Shown in pieces: positions 59,801-64,000 of a DNA stretch of 64,000 nt. A program made the translations under genes and the position numbers. A model generated the notes under the pieces. The model made no database searches. It worked only from the letters and a program-made list of their open reading frames with translations, and was not told the origin of the DNA. Position 1 is the stretch's first letter. The number at the start of each line of letters is the position of its first letter. Origin of the DNA: Stylophora pistillata (lineage: Eukaryota); NCBI RefSeq assembly GCF_002571385.2, contig NW_019217784.1, forward strand, positions 1,414,361 to 1,478,360, in the 5' to 3' direction.

Positions 59801-62800
59801 CAGAGATTGTGAGTTAGAACTACATGGGATATTTTTAACTTCAATATATTTTGCAATTCATTGTAACAGATTAACGCTCATTTAAATCTTTTTAGACTTT
59901 GATTTCAGGGCGGGCCGGGATCGTGGAATTGGAAGAGGGTGTTACCAGCTTTGCAATTCTGAATTATGAATAGGGGGTCAAAAAATGCCAAGAGATTTGT
60001 AATGGAAACGCATACACTGCATTTTTCATTAAAATATGCAATGTAATATTATTTAGTGGGAGATGCCGAAAGCCGAATTTTTCGAACAGTTGCATTGTCG
60101 TGAGAATTGTAAAAAATGTTCATTAATGGACAAAATATACTTGATAGCATTTCATCACGCAGTTTCTTTCAATCCATGTAAGAATATCTGGGGTATAAGT
60201 CCTAATATCGGTCTAAAAATAGAACAATCGAGCTTTCAAAAGATTGTTTAGACAGTCCTTGGAGTTTGCGTCATCTCCACTCTCTTAACGAGTGGAAGGG
60301 ATTATACGAAAATTAGCCAATTTAAATGGCGACAACTGTCTTCTACTCCGGACATGGACTTCGAATTGAAGATTGTGGTATAAATACTCTATACACCTTC
60401 TCTTTGTTCCTTCCATTAACCATTTCCTATTACGCATTCTGAGATTTTTGAACCAGAAAAAAGTTATATTGGTTGCCGCAGTCACAAGTTTTTACTGTAA
60501 CAGATCAAAGCCTATATTTTTACCACTGCTAAAAATTGTCAAGAGTAGTTGAAACTGACGCGAAGTATTACAAATTTAGGGACCTGTTGGTCATTCCGCT
60601 GAAACCAACAGAGGTAAGTAGTAGATGAGGGGGACATTAAACATCTACTGGCGGAAAGTGGAAATCAATCTCCATGACATGTAGAAGTGAACAGCGTATG
60701 TCTTTCATGATTTATCGATCATAATTTAAGAACTTTTTAAACGAAGAATTTAGTCGCTTTTATTGCTGTAAGCCATTTGAAATTAATGTTTGAAAAACTT
60801 CCACGATGAAAGGGCTGGTAATTTGCCAATGGGAACGACACGATTTGTTCCACTTCTTAACCCTCGGTAAAAATTCCACGAATGCCTTTGGTTTTGATTT
60901 ATTACCAGCCTTTTGAAGGGAAAAAACTTGTTAAGAAAACCTTAGCCTTAGTTTTTCTCAACTACATATGATTTTACTGAAGACTTTTAATGGTTCTGTC
61001 CCTTTAAAACCGGCAGAAAAAGTTAAACGGGGTTAGCCTGTTAGCCTGTTTTTTTTTTTTTTTTACTCGAATAAAAAAGGAAAAGGGAAATAACGATAGG
61101 AGTAAAACTGAAAAGGGCTTTAGAGTTAAATTATCACTTTCCGGTTGAGTCTAGATTTCGCGCGTTTTTGTTTTATTTTTTTTTTTTATTTTAAAACTCC
61201 AAGTTAAACATACAAATAACACACGCATGGACAATATTGAGACCAGTTCCGGCGGCTGATAAATGGGGCCATATATTGCTTCTGCAGGGGATAATTTATA
61301 CAAGATAAGCAGAAATAATATGGCTAGTCTCATTAGATGAAACCCTAGACACACACTGAAGGGCGATTCGATCCTCCATCCGGAGATATTTAACAGATTA
61401 TAGTTGGAAAGAGCTTGAGACAAATCTTGTTATTAATTAAGACCAGTAAATTAACGGGAGTGTAACTGGAAAAAATCGCGTTCTGAAAATAGTCTTCGGT
61501 GCTTAGGATATTTTTATGGGCCTATATATAACATGACTGTGCTTTTATAAGTCTTGTTTGTCACGCGACGGTAAAGACAAGATGGTTACCAAAGAATTAA
61601 ACTGGCTTAATTTTCTGATAAAACTGTTTTCAATTAACAGTTAGAAAACTGATTTCTCTTAAGTAAAAATTGTTATTCTGGTTCTAATGCCGCGATCATA
61701 AATCAATAAAACAGATAAGATGAAATTTCCACCTCATGCTTCTGTTCATCTTTGGTTGAAATGATCACTAAAAATTTATTTTTACGGCAGTTTTTCGGTA
61801 AAATCAGATGGTAATTTTTTATCAGATAGAAAGAGGAAATTGGATTTTTTCCCTGTTCGATCTCTACTTATCGCTACACATACACCCGCAATTTGTAAAA
61901 TAAACTTGAGCTAATTTTAGACTCGAACCTTCTATTCCGTCCGTATACAAAGATTAAGATAAATTTACGCATAACAGACCGTCGTTATTTAAAAATAAAC
62001 TGAAAATTAAAAAAATTGAGGACTTACGGTTTAATCAGAAATAATCCCTTCGAGATTTCGAAGAGGCAGCTCTGTGTCTGTGCAGAAATCCGGACTCAGA
62101 TCGTTGTTGTGAAAGGCCAACTTGATGAGCTTCAATGAAGAGGAAATTCAAGGCATAAAAATGTGCTAAGGACACTAGTGTCGACCAGTATAGCACTGAT
62201 GTCACTAAAAAGCCGCTTGACTTTATATAAACGCACTTATGTCAGCAAAACAATGGTTGAGTGGCAGCACTTGATGGGCCTATATTTGCATTCGCACGAG
62301 ACATTTAAATGACGCTGACTCATTGGCTGAATTTATGATTGGCGGTTGCGGAAAGTAACGTCACGAACATTCAACGGAAATAGTTTCGTCTGTAAAAACA
62401 TTCCTCTTGGTATAAACTACCTAAAAAGTCACTCGCTTGAATGAACTTCGAATTATATTCAATACTGTACGTGCCATACTTGGTCAAACGGGCACTGGCG
62501 ATATTGGTGTAAATTTTTCCAACAAATGAGGGTAGCCCCGATCGACATAAATTTCTGTTGGTCAACACCAGATCAGATAATCCCACTAATACGCATTTGA
62601 GACGCATTTTTGACCGATGAACTCAAGTTAATTCATCACTTCCTGTAAATAAGTAATCAAATCAGAAAAAAATGCCCTAATCTGTGAGGGAGATAGAAAT
62701 ACCTCAGGCTTTACTTTATCAATGGTTTTGTGTCCTATTAGTAAAATTTCGAAGGTGAAGTTAGCAAAATATCAGAAGAGGTTAAAACATACATTTTCAA

Positions 62801-64000
62801 CACGATTGTGAATTAAAAAAATCCTTCCCTTACAGAATTTATACCGTTGACATTCATAAGAACATTTATGAGGTATTGCTTGTAAAATCGATTACCAGTG
62901 GCGGACTTAAAAGCTAATTTCCTCGATCTATGAAGCAAAAGAGGCATATACCCTAAAAAAACATCCTTCAGATGTATTCCGAATTCATACGGTCTTCCTC
63001 TTTGGAGATAAAATCTTAAAGTAACATTTACCTTTTCCTCTCAGTCCTCTAGCACAATATAAAAGGGAATTTAGTCCCTTGTTTAAGGCGTATTTCTTTC
63101 CAACGTTTGTTCACTGTGCAAATGATCTCCGTACAAGCGGAGTTTCCGTAAATCATTCGTATCAAGACAGTCAAATATACAATGGTCCTTGCAAACCTTG
63201 AGCAGGTCTAAGGACAACTTAATTAACCGAAGTCAAGATGTCGGGATTTATCGGCTTCTTCGCTGTTCCCCGTTTCCCGCCTTGCACACGGATCAAAGCT
63301 ATACCTCAATTTCATCAAATTCATTAAAAATGATTGATATTCCGGCTATGTACTGAAAGACACATGTACGTGATAAGAAACATAACATGCTTTCATAGTG
63401 CAGTAATATATCTTTCGTTTATTCGAAATTCACGAGTGAAACCGTCAATTCATTTTCATATGATTCAGATGTTATTCGCTGTGACCTGTTGCACAAAGTT
63501 TAGAGAAAAGACTTAATTATGAATTGATTTGCTTGTTCTGTGCGTCTGGTATAAATGTCTTGCCTAGCCGAAGAGTTGTCCCTAGGTAGGATGGAAGACA
63601 GTGGAACGCAAGAAAGTCTTAATTGCCATACCTCGTGAGAACTTGGAAATTTTCTTTCTCGCAGACTTACCGCCAAACGAACGACATCTTTATCTAGTCC
63701 ACAGTCTACCTACTATTTACATTAAGTTGTTGTTGACAATGGGCGACAGAAGTATTGATCGTATATATTCAATAACAAAACAGATTTGAAAAACACCAAT
63801 GGCCGCCTTCATATTTACAAAACGTCTACAGAAGCGCTCGCCTTGAGGCACCAACCATAATGGAAGAAGCCATACCAACATAAGAAGCCTACAAACAAGC
63901 TGCGTGGTGCATTATGGCCTACTAAAAACTTATGAAGAACAAATTTACTATGAATGAATGTTAAAGTGAGCAATACTCTCCAGAATCCGTAGAGGAACTA

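Overview
Eukaryotic, AT-rich, intron-containing genomic DNA, most likely from a stony coral or other anthozoan (inferred from gene content and repeat families; no database check was possible). Gene models reconstructed by hand from GT-AG sites and reading-frame phase, in order: (1) the 5' end of a DmX-like/rabconnectin-3 alpha gene (-), head-to-head with a complete DTWD2 gene (+); (2) an intronless orphan 419-aa glycine-zipper ORF (-); (3) a divergent pair of synaptotagmin-like TM-C2A-C2B genes, the minus-strand one disturbed by an apparent assembly duplication and missing one exon; (4) a COUP-TF/NR2F-like nuclear receptor (-); (5) a class A GPCR pseudogene (-); (6) a WASP/N-WASP-like gene (+) with WH1, proline-rich and VCA regions but no recognisable CRIB motif; (7) a complete MEF2 gene (-) followed by about 10 kb of non-coding upstream DNA. 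Mobile DNA includes two 5'-truncated CR1/L2-type LINEs, several tRNA-derived SINEs, TTAA-flanked piggyBac-like and Kolobok-like non-autonomous elements, and palindromic MITEs. The most notable observations are a short element carrying a minimal hammerhead-ribozyme motif (three copies: one inside a 178-bp palindrome, one a ~70-bp insert with a 15-bp target-site duplication) and a 640-bp element with AGTAGT...ACTACT termini and a 6-bp TSD, the hallmarks of a Polinton/Maverick-derived miniature element. No CRISPR array or prokaryotic system was found.
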